Source: Mustelus asterias (Eukaryota). From it: 64,000 nucleotides of DNA. The notes beneath the pieces were generated by a model. That model saw only the letters and a list, made by a program, of their open reading frames with translations, searched no databases and was not told where the DNA came from. Within the stretch, counting starts at the first letter, position 1. Each line of letters opens with the position of its first letter. Location of the stretch: NCBI RefSeq assembly GCF_964213995.1, contig NW_027590284.1, positions 372,001-436,000 on the forward strand, given 5' to 3'. Positions 1-12,693 of this stretch are shown here, one piece after another. Both the position numbers and the translations under genes were made by a program.

Positions 1-1357
1 CACAGGAAACAAATGTTGGTCTTTCCAGAGACTCCCACGTCCCATGGAAGAAAAAAGTGAAATAAAACACAAGCATACATGTTTATGTATTATAAAATGT
101 ATCACCTCTCTGAATCAACTCTCACAATCTGCCTGTGTTTATTTTTATCCATCGTTCACGGTATTTTGTTGTGTTGGAGAGATCATCATTGTTGCTAACA
201 AGGTGCCAGAGAAGCTGGAAACTTTCTTTTCCAAAGAAATGGGAAGCATTCATATAGGTTTACAACTTAAACAATAATTAACTTGCCTCCAGTACTGTTG
301 CTGGGCAGATTTGTTTATAAATAGGCCCCATTGACAATGCTAAGAGTTTGAAGTTGGCTTGCAGCCAAGCGCTCAGTGCTGAGGAAACAGATCTTTGAGT
401 TTCTGAACAAACACCCTCAGATGCTTCCTGTAAATATCTTCGGGTATTTGGCAGCAGGTTGGACTGCTGCCAAATACTGCGTGGGACAGATTAACGTGAA
501 TCTGTAAGAATAAAATGGGACTTAGCCAGTTATATAATAAATGTTTGATTCCCACAAGAAAGACACGTTTTAAGTGGTATTCTCAGCAAATATTTTAAAT
601 GAATGCACTGTTCATTATGTGATTAAACAGTATCGGAAACTAGTAAATTGGCTAGGTGCTATTTCATTTGTATAACTTCCAAATAAATGTCGTTCCAACA
701 ATTAAATCCACGTTGTGAGCAACTTCATGAAGTGCACGAAAGAGATTTTGATGTCCCCAATCCCTGAGTCCAACGAGATCAGTGTAATGGCCCAAAATTA
801 AAATAATTAAAAGTAAAAGAAAGTCATATAACTGCCTTGAACAGCGCGGATTCCTGAAATATTCTCAGTGTTCTACACCTCTTTAAAAAGACAACGTCAA
901 TTATACGTGATTGGCACCATGTTCTGTTGTGCAGCATAACCTGATTTCGATTATTTAACAGTCCCTCTCATAGCTGCCAATGAGTGAAGAAATGACCAGT
1001 TCATAACCTGGTTCAGTGGAAGATAAAACATTTACTCTTGTGATATTGTGCAAAATGCCGCAAAGTCCTGATATCCTGTATTCCCACGACGAATGAATGT
1101 TAGACAGCGGTGGTCAATAAAATGAGCTGTAATGATTGGGATGCTGAAGGAGAACTTTCCTGATCGCCGTGTTGGTTCTGATTCACTAATTTCTCTGTCC
1201 AAATCGATTTCAATTTTATGTATCTCTGTCAACTCAATTAATTATAAGTCAACCAGGTTTCTTTCACTGTTCATTTTCACAGGGTTAAGGAGCTGTTGGG
1301 GAAATATGAGGTGTAACATTGTATCATATGAGGAGTTTCTTTTTTCAATTCATTCAT

Positions 1358-1668
1358 GGACGGCACGGTGGCATAGTTGTTAGCACTGCTGCCGCACAAC
1401 GCAAGGGACCCGGATTCAATTCCCGGTTTGGATCTGCGTGGAGTCTCTGTCTGTGTGGAGTCTGCACGTCCTCCAATTGTCTGCCTATTTACTCACACGG
1501 TCCGAAGATGTGCCGCTTAGGTTGATTGGCGATGATAAATTCTTCCATGATGCCAAGGGAATTAGCAGCGAATATACGTGGGGTGATGGGGATAAGGCCT
1601 GACTGGGAATGTTGTCGGTGCAGGCCTAATGGCCCAAATGGCCTCCTTCTGCTCCGTAGGGATTCTAT
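1358..1668 (+). mobile_element. tRNA-derived V-SINE (HE1-like)
   Basis: ggcacggtggc..gttagcactgctgcc head, B-box-like gattcaattcc, V-domain gtctgtgtggagtctgcacgt, tail ggcctccttctgct..gtagggattctatg; several copies in window. Confidence 0.8.
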
Positions 1669-1671
1669 GGA

Positions 1672-1988
1672 CATGGATGCCGCTGGATGGTCAGCATTTA
1701 TTGCCCACTCCTTGTCCGAGGGCAGTTGAGAGCCAACCACATTGCTGTGGCTCTGGAATCACATGTAGGCCAGCCAGGTAAGGACTGCAGATTTCCTTCT
1801 CTAAAGGACATTACTGAAGACAATCGACAATGATGTCATGGTCATAAGTAGATTCCTAAGTCCAGACGTTGTTACTGAATTTAAATTCCACCATCTGCCG
1901 TGGCGGGATTCGAAGCCAGATCCTGAGAACATTAGTTGAGTTTGTGGATTAATTGTATAGCGGTAATAACACTAAGCCATTGCTTCCC
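1672..1988 (-). mobile_element. tRNA-derived SINE (SacSINE1/DeuSINE-like)
   Basis: Shares caaccacattgctgtgg..ctggaatcacatgtagg and ttaaattccaccatctgcc..ggattcgaa blocks with copies at 26725-27047 and (reverse) 10305-10630. Confidence 0.7.
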
Positions 1989-2409
1989 TTTTTGCTTATA
2001 TCCAGTCCCAAATTACACTGATAGCTATCCACACCTGAAATACAATCATTCCAGCATGTAGTTACATAAATCGATAATAATTCCTCTCATGAATTATTAT
2101 TTTGCTGCAATGTGTTAGAGACACAGAATTATTGCAAATCTGACTGACGTCTTTACCCTGATAAGATAATGTCACCTTGTTTATGTCTATTCCCTTGTGA
2201 AGGGGTGCAGAAATGAAGGTATTTAATTTACAATGAAGTTGTTTATTTTATATAACAGATAATCAAATGCAATTTCACCTCTTGGACTTGCAGAGACATT
2301 ACAATGGATCTCAATCTTACTGCCTCAGTATTAATCTGTTTTTGGAATGTTCCCGTGTCAGCAATCAATTCACCGGGAGTAATTCTCGGTATTTTTGATA
2401 AATTTTATT

Positions 2410-2710
2410 ATGATTTCATTTGATTTATTATTATCACACATATTAGTACACAGTGAAAGTTATTGTTTCGTGTTCACTATATAGACAGAGCATACCGTAC
2501 ACAGGGAAGAAAGGAAGAGAGTATAGAATGTAATGTTACCGTTATAGCTAGGGTGTAGAAAAAGATCAACTTCATGCGAGGTAGGTCCATTCAAAAGTCT
2601 GAATGCAGCAGGAAAGAAACTGTTTTTGACTCGGTTTATAAATGTCCTCAAGCTTTTGCATCATCGCGATGGAAAAAGGCGAGAGAGTATGTCCGGGGTG
2701 CGTGGCGTTG
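2410..2710 (-). mobile_element. Rex1/Babar-type LINE 3' fragment inserted in the pseudo-VH leader intron
   Basis: Minus-strand translation RTFINRVKNSFFPAAFRLLNGP (RT C-terminal motif); homologous + strand copy at 38370-38728. Confidence 0.65.
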
Positions 2711-2742
2711 TTTTTACATGTTTTTCTTTCATATTTTTAAAA

Positions 2743-2892
2743 GTGTCTAATCAGATATTGTGTTGGCTCAGCCAGAGGCAGAAACCGGGCGTCCCTGAGA
2801 CTGACCTGGAAAGCCATTGCGTGGCTTTACCCATGGCAGCAACTGGGTGTCTGGGTCAGACAGGTCCCTGGACAGTGTTTGTAGTATCTTAG
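2743..2892 (+). pseudogene. IGHV: Truncated IgM VH pseudogene (FR1-FR2)
   Basis: gtgtctaatcagatattgtgttggctcagccagaggcagaaaccgggcgtccc matches the functional VH start ([16 protein letters not shown]); WVRQVPGQ motif tgggtcagacaggtccctggacag. Acceptor AG mutated to AA, TAA/TAG stops, indels, first Cys to Trp; cut by CR1 at ~2893. Confidence 0.9.
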
Positions 2893-3560
2893 GAACGTAA
2901 GAACTAGGAGCTGAAGTAGGCCAACTGGCGCCTCGATCCTGCTCCGCCATTGAATAAGATCATGGCCTACCTTTTTGTGGACTCGGCTCCACTTATCAGC
3001 CCGTACACCTAACCCTTAATTACTTTACTGTTCAGAAATGTATTTATCCTTGCCTTAAAAACATTCAATGAGGTAGCCTCCACTGCTTCACTGGGCAGGG
3101 AATTCCACAGATTCACAATCCTTTGTGTGAAGAATTTCCTCCTCATCTGAGTGCTAAATCTGCTCCTCCTTATTTTGAGGCTATGCCCCCTAGTTCTTGT
3201 TTCCCCTGCCAGTGGAAACAACTTCCCAGCTTCTATCTTATTAATGTTATATGCTTCTATAAGATTCTCCCGGCACTCTTCTGAATTCCAATGACTATAT
3301 GTTCAAAATCTCTGAATTTCTTCATTTCCAGTTATTACATCCCCCTTGTCATCATCTATAGGACCAATGTTTACTTTAGCCACTCTTTTTTTTTTGCTTT
3401 ATATATTTGTAGAAACATTTGATACCTGTTTTTATATTCTAAGCTAGTTTACTTTCATCATCCATCTTACTTTTCCTTATAGCTTTCTTCGTGGCTTTCT
3501 GTTGACCTTTAAAGATTTCCAAATGCTCTATTTTCCCACTAATCTTTGCCACTTTGTATC
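2893..3560 (-). mobile_element. CR1 LINE 3' fragment
   Basis: ORF 3009-3221 FPLAGETRTRGHSLKIRRSRFSTQMRRKFFTQRIVNLWNSLP, the CR1 RT C-terminus; closely related to 49011-50410. Confidence 0.9.
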
Positions 3561-4199
3561 TTGTGTAATGAATGTTCAAAAAGTTTCTATTAATTTTGAA
3601 TCAACTGTTAATATTCTTAAAATAAACGCTATTTTGATTTGAAACAGATCAATAAGTGACGGTTTATGGTTTTGCTGCCATGAACATTTCATTGTAAACA
3701 GTGAGGTGTTTATGTAAATAAACACAGAAATAGAAATCCCAGATTAGATTGTTGACTGACAAAAACACAACAAATATTTCCCCACCAACACAGCACAGAA
3801 ATAGAGACAAACATGCAAATCAATCAACGGATTCCAGTAACGATTGTTTTTCAATATTATTGAAAGCTATGATTTTAAATTACATGAGGAAAAACGTCAT
3901 GATGATATCTATGTCCAGAATTAGGAAAACATCCCTCTGATCCCGAAATATAATGACACGGCAAATGTATTCATTGAAATTTCCTGTTTCATCTCTCTGT
4001 CTTTCTCCTGTCTGTTTCAGTGTCTGATCTCCCCACAATGGTTCGTCGCCTTCACTCCACAGCATGAAGTCAATGTCTACCCAATGTGTTCTCTCAGCCA
4101 GAGTTATAGACTTCTAAAATAATTTAACTCACTGAATTGGAATCTGTGAAAGAGCTTGACTCTAAAAGATGTCTTGAGCATTCTTTGATCTCGGAATAT

Positions 4200-4775
4200 T
4201 TGATACATTTTCCTCTGTATCTAACCTCGGCTGTACCTGGTGATAAGGATTCAATGTGGCAGTACCAAAGGATCTGTCCCCATATTTAGCCGCTGCTGTC
4301 CCTGTCTTTGGAATATTTACTCTGCATCTAAACTCACTGTACCTTCCTTTTGAATGTTTGCTATGACTTTGTCAAGGAAGATTTAATCCGTATCTCATCT
4401 CTGCTGTACCTGACCTGGGTGTGTTTTATGGCACTGTGTAGACAGCTCTTTTCCTGTACCTAACACTAATTTAAATCTGCCTCCCGAATCTCTGAAGGAA
4501 GAGTGCAGAAGAGGTTTAACGTAGAAGAGAGTTCATGCTCTTTCTGCCTTCATTTTGTTTGAGCAGACTTTGTAGAGGGAGTTTCACTCTCTTTCTAGAC
4601 AGTATACTGTCCTGGGAATGTTTGATTTGGATAGTCTAGAGCGAGATTCACTTTGTATGTAACTCATGCTATTCCTGCCTTGGGAGGGTTTAATTTGGCA
4701 ATGCAGAGGGAACTTTGCATTCTTCAGCTAACACCATGTTACTCCTGTCCTGTAAGCTTTTGATGGGATAGTCGG
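4200..4775 (+). repeat. Degenerate ~67-bp tandem repeat (ctctgtatctaacc..ctgtacctg.cctgggagtgtttgatgg..cagtgtagagggag)
   Basis: Recurring tctgtatctaac / ctgtacctg / tgtttgat / tgtagaggga blocks; a similar fragment occurs at ~34430-34530. Confidence 0.55.
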
Positions 4776-4799
4776 CCGTCTCTACAAATTTCATGGGGA

Positions 4800-6500
4800 T
4801 TGAACCAGTCTCTTTATATTACAGTAAATTTACCCTCTGTCAGCTTATATTATGAGGCCATGCCTTTGTTGATTTTTCACTGGACCCTAACTATTTTTAT
4901 ATTGCACGTAGAATATTATATTGCCTGTCTCTACTCATATGAAACTAGATGTTGTATCTGTTTATACTAAATTAGACGCTGTTATACGTTATATTATACG
5001 TTACCATGTTTCTGTTCATATTAAGCGAGACGTTGTCTCTGTTTTTATTAACATAAACCTATCTCTATTTGCATTAAACTAGATGCAGCCTTTTTTCTGC
5101 AATTGACCCTGTCCACGTTTATATTGTATTGGACATGGTCTCAGTTTTTACTGCACTGGACAATGCCAGTAATGAGGGAAGTGGTTGGGGGAATACAATT
5201 CTCTGCAAACTTTATGAGGTTTTGAGCACGGGAAAAGAAGAAGCGATATCTGAAATCTACTTCTGCTGACTGCATGGAAAATGGATACCAAGCCCTGTGT
5301 AGCATGCGTTGTCAATAAAGAACAAAAAACAAAGAAAATCACCGCACAGGGAAAGGCCTATCGGCCCTCCAAGACTGCACCAACCAAATACTGTCGATCC
5401 AATACTGCCCGTTTCTGGATCCTGCCTGATAACAATGTTTTTATCCCAACATATTATCTCTTCTTCTCGCAGACATATTATCTCTTCTTCTCGCAGGCAT
5501 AATTCAAACAGCTATAGTTAAGTGCAGGAATAACACAGTCTAGTGAAATATATACAGTGTCGGTATCAAATATTACGTATCCAGAGAGAATGCCTCGTGC
5601 AATATAAACTGAATTTCGATCTAGCAGAGTATTAACAGAACCAGATTGTATTTTAATATAAACAGGGGCCAGATCCAACAAAATAGAAATGAGTTAGTGC
5701 CGAGTGCCATGTCAAATGCCAAATTCCAATGACAGCCACATCCCATGAAAGAAACATTTTTAAAAATGACATTGCCAAGGAAAAGAAAACTGAGACAGTG
5801 TCTAGCTCAGTTTTACTGATATAGGAGCTTATGCGACATGAACTGAGACAGCGCCGAGTAATTAATGATACTGGACCGAGATTTATATGAACTGCGATGG
5901 AGCCAAGTGTATTAGTAATAATTACTGATACAGGACTGAGACAGGTTTAAACTGAAACAAAGTCCAGTGTGTTAGTGATAATTACTGATATAGTACCTTG
6001 ACTGATATAAACTTAGACAGAGCCCACTTCATTCGTAGTAGTTGTTGATAAAGGAACTAGACTGATGCACACTGAGATTCGGACAATGCAGCAATTAGGA
6101 GGTATTGCAAAGTACAATAAAACTGAGACAAGACATAGTCTTAAATAACCAAATACATGGACTGGTGCTGCATTAACTTAAAAAGGACTTGGATTATTAA
6201 AATCTAATGAACGACTAGCAAAGTAACTGTGACAGAACCATGTGTAATGCATGAAGACAGTATTTCCAGTTTAGTACACAGAGGTAAATGTTCTGAGGCA
6301 GTAAGAATTAAGACACGGCCTCTTGTCAGATTAGCAGAGACATGGCTAAGTGCAACCGTAACTTAGAAATTATAATATTAACAGGGCCTGTACATGAACG
6401 GCTGATATTGAGCCGAGTGCAGCAAAAAAACGTAGATAGGACCTCCTGGAATGTGATCCAGGCAGAACCTAGTGTAACACGGACAGAGTCAGAGGTGAGT
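4800..6500. repeat. Degenerate minisatellites: 27-bp array (+, ~4800-5165), same unit inverted (~5510-5700), related 60-bp array (~5790-6130)
   Basis: Units like gtatctgtttatactaaattagacgct / gtttctgttcatattaagcgagacgtt; the reverse-complement array gives 9-aa periodicity in ORF 5478-5681; aactg..attactgata units recur at 5890, 5950, 6010. Confidence 0.6.
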
Positions 6501-6779
6501 TGAATATAAGCAGAGATATGATATTTTTAACATTACTTCATGGGATTCTGACGTCACTGACAGTCAACTTTTGTTGCCAAATCATAATTTCCTTTGAGAA
6601 TATGTTGGCAAGCTTTGGGAAGCTGGTGGGTGGGGTGTTCTTCGAGACAGCTACTTTTTCCAGAATGGCATTGAGCTTTTTGAGTGTCACAAGTTAGGCA
6701 AGTAGAGAATATTCAATCATTTATGTTGGAACAGACTTGATGGGCAGAAGGGCCTGTTCATGTGCTGTACTGTTCTTTG

Positions 6780-7450
6780 TTCATATTCCTGCCTTTTGCC
6801 TGGTAGATGATGGAGAGGGTTTGGAAATTCAGGAGGTGAGCTGTTCGCCGAAGAACCCCTGGCATCTCACCTGCTCTTGTAGCCACATGATTTAAATGCC
6901 TGCTCCAGTTCAGATTTTCACGAAGTATAATGCCCAGGATGTTGATAGTGAGGGATTCTGTGCTAGTAATGCTACTTAGTGTCAGGCGGAGATGGTTGGA
7001 ATCTCCCTTACTGGAGAGGGTCATTGCCTGTCACTTGTGTGGCATTAATGTTACTTGTCACTCAATAGCCCAAGTCTGAATGTTTTCTAAGTCTTGCTTC
7101 ATATGGACACAGACTGTGTCAGTACCTGAGGAGTCGGAACTGGTGCTGAACTTTGTCCAATCATCAGTGAACATCCCACATATGAACTTTGATGATGGCT
7201 GAAGCTTGGGGCTTTGTCACTAACCTGATGAATTCCTGCAAAGCCGTGTGACTGAGATGATTAACCATTAAGAACCACAACCATCTTCCTTTGTGTTCCA
7301 GCCAGTGGACTGTTTCCCCCTGATTCCTATTAACTGCAGTTTCGCTCGGGCTCCTTGATGCGACAAACGGTCAAATGTTGCGTCGATGTCAAGGGCACGC
7401 AACCTCTCTTCACCTTTTAATTTAAAATTTGTATCTATATTTGGACTCAT
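6780..7450 (-). mobile_element. L2/Crack-like (CR1-superfamily) LINE RT fragment
   Basis: ORFs 7268-7450 (ALDIDATFDRLSHQG) and 6758-7024 (ILGIILRENLNWSRHLNHVATRAG..LRR) are degenerate RT segments. Confidence 0.75.
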
Positions 7451-8094
7451 TTTAAATCATTTCTGGAATCGAGTGATCCTGGCGGAACAAAAATTGAGCA
7501 TCTTGGTTTGCGTGTGTTTTGTGAAATATATCATGTTTGACAGAAATTAATTTCAAAATGATCACTTGCATCCTTCCATTTACAGTGCATGTTGGACGCA
7601 CAATAAACACATCCAATTCAGATTGGCTTCCTTTACATATGTCACCTTTTCTGATGATTGAAGAGGACAATTTTTGAAAGGTTAGTTCTGCCACAGGTGC
7701 TGCCCATTAAGCTACCATTTGTCATAGTGTGTTATCGTTTTTGTATCATGAATGGATATTTTGGTGTAGAGCCAGTTATCACCAAAATCCTGTATTCCTT
7801 GCCCTGCTGACGGTGTTGAATGTCTTAGCGAGATTGACCAAAGTACGTTAAAGATATGGACATATGGAACATGGAGAAGTTGTTGGCTGGAGTAAATCTT
7901 CCAACACAATCACTACACTGCACATCAGGAACACCCGGTCTGCAAGTAGATGATGTATTTCAAGTGTGACCCTAGCAAAGATCTTTCCCGTGATGCCATG
8001 ACTGAGATATGTCTGTAGCTGGAGCAGTCTCTTCCATTGGCTTACTTTGCAAAAAGTGTGATGAATTTGAATCATGCATCTCTTGTGGAATGGT

Positions 8095-8390
8095 GTGTGC
8101 CAGGGTTGCACAGTGGTTAGCTCTGTTGCCTCACATCGCCAGGGCCACAGGTTTGGTTCCCGGCTTGGGTCAGTGTCTGTGCGGTATCTGCACATTCTTC
8201 CCGTGTATGCGTGGATTTCCTCTGGGTGCTCCTCCCACAGTCCGAAAAGGCATGCAGGTAGGGTGCACTGGCCCGGCTAAATTCTCCGTCGGTGTACCCG
8301 AACAGACGCCGCAACGTGGCGACTCGGGGATTTTCACAGTAACTTCATTGAAGTGTTAATGTAAGCCTACTTGTGACATTAATAAATAAA
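8095..8390 (+). mobile_element. tRNA-derived V-SINE (HE1-like)
   Basis: cagtggttagctctgttgcctcaca, gtctgtgcggtatctgcacattcttcccg, tail acttgtgacattaataaataaa. Confidence 0.75.
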
Positions 8391-8544
8391 CGTCAAACCT
8401 TAAATCTTCCAGCAGATAAGGAGAATGTCATAAATGTTCAGAAAAATAGTAATTATTTTCACCAACGACCATCCATTCACAATTTTTAAAAATGCATTCA
8501 CCAGTTCTCATTCATTCATAAAGATTAGTATATTTAACATTACT

Positions 8545-8765
8545 TTATGGGAGGTGGGCGACACTTTCTAGGCCAGCATTTGTTCCCCATTGCTAATTGC
8601 ATTCAGTAAAGTGGTGGTGACCTGCCTTGTTGAACCGCTGCAAAACCTGCAGAGTAGGTACTCCCATAGTGCTGTTCGGGAGGGTGCTCATGGATTCCGA
8701 CCCAGCGACAGTATAGGAATGGTAATATATGTTCAAGTGGGGTTGATGAGTGTCTTGGGGAGGGG
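8545..8765 (-). mobile_element. L2/Crack-like LINE 3' end fragment
   Basis: Homologous to 18530-18960 (ccttgttgaaccgctgca..gtgctgttcgggagg..gacccagcga). Confidence 0.6.
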
Positions 8766-8865
8766 AGGGGGGCGGTATTTCCAGGCGGGGTTATTCCACT
8801 TCATCAATTATCATCAAGTCATACAGATAAACAATTATTTCACCAATTATATTCAGCATTTTGAT

Positions 8866-9395
8866 AAAAGCAAACTACTACGGATTCTGGAAACTGAAAC
8901 AAAAACAATAAATTCTGGAAAATCTCAACAGGTCTGACAGCATCTGGGGAGAGAGAATAGAGCCAACATTTTGAGTCAGGATGACCAATTTTTATTTGGA
9001 GGAAATTGAAGTGGATGATGAAATTGGGAAATGATACGGTTGGATAGGGATTAGGAAGTTTTTTTTAGAATATAGTTAGTGATTGAGGCGTTGATTAGGT
9101 TAGTTAGGATGGAGAAGTTGAATATGATATTTGGGATCGATATCTGAATTGGTGTAACTTGTGTGCGGGTCGACATAGTGTATATCATTAAACAGTAACT
9201 ACTTAAACTATTCCCATCTCACAGGAAAGTGATGCAGCTTCTCTGACACCTTGTTAGAAACAATGATGATCTCTCCAACGCATCAGGAATACTCTGTCGA
9301 AGCGCCATCCAGACACGAAACGTTGGCTCCATTCTGTCTCCACAGAAGCTGTCAGACCTGCTGCGATTTTCCAGCATTTTCTGTTTGTTTTCAGT
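8866..9395. mobile_element. Inverted pair of Penelope-like terminal repeats
   Basis: 8866-8987 (ctcaacaggtctgacagcatctggggga..) is the reverse complement of 9292-9395 (ctctgtcgaag..gaaacgttggctcc..cacagaagctgtcagacctgctg); same family as 39594-39775 and 47175-47350. Confidence 0.6.
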
Positions 9396-10304
9396 ATTTC
9401 ATTCTATACAACATACAATTGTAATTTGCTTCGTAGGATGTATTGATATTAACATTTATTGGCATCATGTTGGCCTTTTTGTCACCAAGGAATATAATCT
9501 GTCCCAGAATTCAGTGGGGAATGAAATTAATTCAGACCGTGCATAATGAACAGCGACCCAGCAGCCTCTGTTCTTCATTGACAAGTAATCACCTCATCAT
9601 CACACAGAATGTCCTGATACATAGCTAGAGTGTGTGATGATTTTCAAAGTGATGATATAAATGAAACTACCTGTACCTCATGTGAAGTTACTGAATCTTT
9701 AAATCCCGATTCAGTATTACACTGTTTTGGGAAGTAATGTAACAATTGTTATTGTCCAGTGAGTCTCACAATATTTCTGTTGGTACCTTATTTACTTTTC
9801 ACCCTGTTACCTTCACTAATTTAGGTGAGGGCATGTTGAGTGATTTGCTGTACGTCAAAGAACCACATGTTTCAAATATTACAATCCTCCCTCCTCAACC
9901 TAATCATGTTCACTCGTTTTATCTTGGATATGAAGATTCAGCATCAGCAGAGAAATGAACCATCCGAGCGGCAGGAATATCTCGTCCTTCTCTTCGTGAG
10001 GATTAGCTTGCTAACTCCCGATAAACTCGGGATGGATTTCACCCAGAGACTCTGGAAGAGTTGAAGGTATTAGACTGACACAAATGGAATAAAGGAGCTG
10101 ATTCAATTTATGAAATAATCAAGCACAAATATGGGAATGAAGAACAGCATTTTTCAATGCCATCTCGCAACACATCCATCAATCCATTCACTGATTCCTC
10201 AATCAAAATATTCAGGCATCCAACTGTGATTCATCCAACTATCATTCATTCAACTGTCATTCATTCCTGCATCAAGACAGTCATTCATTTATTGTTTGCG
10301 CAGA

Positions 10305-10630
10305 TGGTGACGTAATATTAATTTAATTGGCCCAGTGATCCAGAGACCCAGGACAACGATGGGACAGGGATTTAAATCGGAGCATTGCAGCTGGTGGAAT
10401 TTGAATTCAATTAATAAATGTGGAATACATTCTAATGGCGACCATATAACCCTCTTTGATCCCCCAATGAGGGAAATCTGCCATCGCTACCTGGACTCAC
10501 AAGAATGTGACTCCAGACGGACACAAAATGGCTGACTCTTCAGAAGTGGCATAGAAAACCATTCAGTTCAAGGGCACTTGGGACAGGCATAATGTGCTCG
10601 TCGTTCCACCAACTCAAACATCTCATGGAA
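10305..10630 (+). mobile_element. tRNA-derived SINE (SacSINE1/DeuSINE-like)
   Basis: atccagagacccagg..gggatttaaatc..ggtggaatttgaattcaa..gggaaatctgccatcgctacctgg..atgtgactccagac. Confidence 0.65.
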
Positions 10631-12404
10631 CGAGATAGGGAAAGAATACACAAACATACATGTTCATGTATTACAACATGTATCGTCTCCCTGAGTCATC
10701 TTTCAGTCTGCCTGTAATTCTTTCGATCCATCCATGACAATATCCTGATGTGCTGGAAAAATCATCATTGTTGCTAACAGGGTGCCAGAGAAGCTGCATA
10801 AATTGTCTTTCTTGAGAGATGGGTAAAATCCATATAGACTTACAACTTAAAACATTAAATTGCCTCCAGTACTGTTGCTGGGTAGATTTCTTTATAAATA
10901 GGGCTCATTGACAATGTGAAGGGTTTGAAGTTGGCTTGCAGCCAAGCGGTCAGTACTGAGGAAGCAGATCTACTGCACAAACACCCCCAGATGCTTCCTG
11001 TCAATAACTTTGAGCATTTGACAGCAGGCTGGATTGCTGCCAAATACTGTGTGGGACAGATTAGCGTGAACCTGAATGGACAAAATGGGATTCAGCCATT
11101 TGAACAGTAAATGTTTCATTCCCACAAGAAAGACACATTTTAAATAGTAATCATTCTAATCAAATATTTTCATTCAATGTCCTGTTCATTATGTGAGTAA
11201 ATAGCATCGCAAAACAGTAAAGTGACCAGATGTTTTTTCATTTGTATAACTTCCAAGTAAATGTCATTCCAATAATTAAAGTCTGTTTATTAACCACTTC
11301 ATGAAATGCGAGAGAGATGTTGATGGTCCCAATTCCCCAGTCAATTGAGATCAGAGCAATGGCAAAAATGCATCGAAATAATATTAAAAGAACATCATCA
11401 AACTGACATGAACAACAGGGATTCCTGGAATATTCTGAAAGTTTTGCCCCCTATTTAAACAGCAGCGTCTCTTGTACCTGATTTACACCGTGTTCTATTG
11501 TACAGTATAATCTGATTTCCATTATTGAAGAGTTCCAATCATAGCTGCCAATGAGCGGAGAAATGATCAGGTCATAACCTGATTCAATGGAAGATAAAAC
11601 ATTTATTCTTGTGATATTGTGCAATGTGCAGCAAAGACCTGATATCTTGTGTTCCCAATACCAGAGAATGTTCGACAGCCGGTGGCCAATAGAGTGAGCT
11701 GCAATGATTTGGATGCTGAAGGAGAACTTTAATGATCTCCGTGTCCGTTCATTCATTAACTTCTCTGTCAAAAGTCGATGTTAAATTTATGTTTCTCTGT
11801 CAACTCACTATTTAATTATCAGGAGGGCGGGATTCTCAGTATTTTCAAAGGGCTGTCTTCGAGATTGGGGCAGTTTGACAAATATAAGGAGAAACATTGT
11901 ATTGTGTGAGAGTTTCTTCTCATCTCCAAACCCAAAATGTCCAGTGATAGCCATCCGCACTGTAAATAGAATCACTTTGTTCATACTCCGCATTCAGTTA
12001 CAGAAATCGACAACAATTCTTCTGATAAATGATGCTTTATTATTGTAATCTGACAGAGACCCGGAATTGTTGCAAAATAGACTGACGGTCTCTTTATATT
12101 CCAAAACTGTTATTTCATCATTTTTAGATTTGTGTTCTTCTTGGGGGCGTGGTAATAAAATCACCATATTTACAATGGAATTAGTTTTTTAAATAAAGAA
12201 ATGATGAACTGCAATATCAGCATCAGCAATAATGGAGACAATACATTGAACATATTCAGCCAAACAAATATCCCGACGCTGATAAAATGTCCATTTTAAT
12301 ATTAATCTATTGTAAATCTGGGAGTCCATTCTGTTGGGGTGTGGAAGGTGGGACCTGGATCCAGTCGCCGCCTCCAGCAGGGAATCAACAGGCGGCGCCT
12401 GGAA

Positions 12405-12433
12405 AGCCGCCCCCTTCTGCCGGGTATTTAAAT
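12405..12433 (+). promoter_or_regulatory. VH promoter: GC box (ccgccc) and TATA-like tatttaaat; no octamer in the preceding ~300 bp
   Basis: tatttaaat at 12425-12433, ~100 bp upstream of the leader ATG, in a locally CpG-rich patch. Confidence 0.55.
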
Positions 12434-12523
12434 GCCGCTCACTGGGACCGGAATCCAACAGTCCGGGAGCTGGTTTGTTCACTGAGTTCCTGACACAACC
12501 ATTTCCCCCAAATCACCAGAAAG

Positions 12524-12569
12524 ATGAGGTCGGCGATTTCTCTCAGTTTGTTGTTGAGTATCTTATCCG
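12524..12569 (+). CDS. IGHV: IgH leader exon (MRSAISLSLLLSILS-G)
   Basis: ATG at 12524, hydrophobic signal peptide, phase-1 donor G|GTAAGT at 12570. Confidence 0.95.
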
Positions 12570-12693
12570 GTAAGTAGTATTTTTTATTGTCCAATTCCTC
12601 ATTGTCACTGTATCAAAATGTTAGTCTGTCTCTGGAATGTTCCAGAGTCAGCAATCATGTCACCAAAATTAATCCTTTGATCTATTTTTACAG

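Larger units (their letters stand above)
1..2400 (+). repeat. Diverged duplicate of the IgM VH 5' flank (paralogous to ~10590-12250 and part of the leader intron ~12600-12690)
   Basis: Colinear similarity by eye, e.g. 281 acttgcctccagtactgttgctgggcagattt vs ~10859 attgcctccagtactgttgctgggtagattt; 1021 agataaaacatttactcttgtgatattgtgc vs ~11592; 2343 tggaatgttcccgtgtcagcaatca vs ~12633 tggaatgttccagagtcagcaatca. Interrupted by two SINEs; promoter/leader segment absent. Confidence 0.85.

Noticed and set aside
1358-1430. tRNA genes at SINE heads
   Set aside because: A/B-box heads continue into SINE bodies and do not form complete cloverleaves.
3560-10300. D/J/C remnants for the pseudo-VH (e.g. 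cacagaa..acaaaaaca near 3723-3767)
   Set aside because: Spacing is not 12 or 23 and no WGxG or C-domain motif was found by eye.
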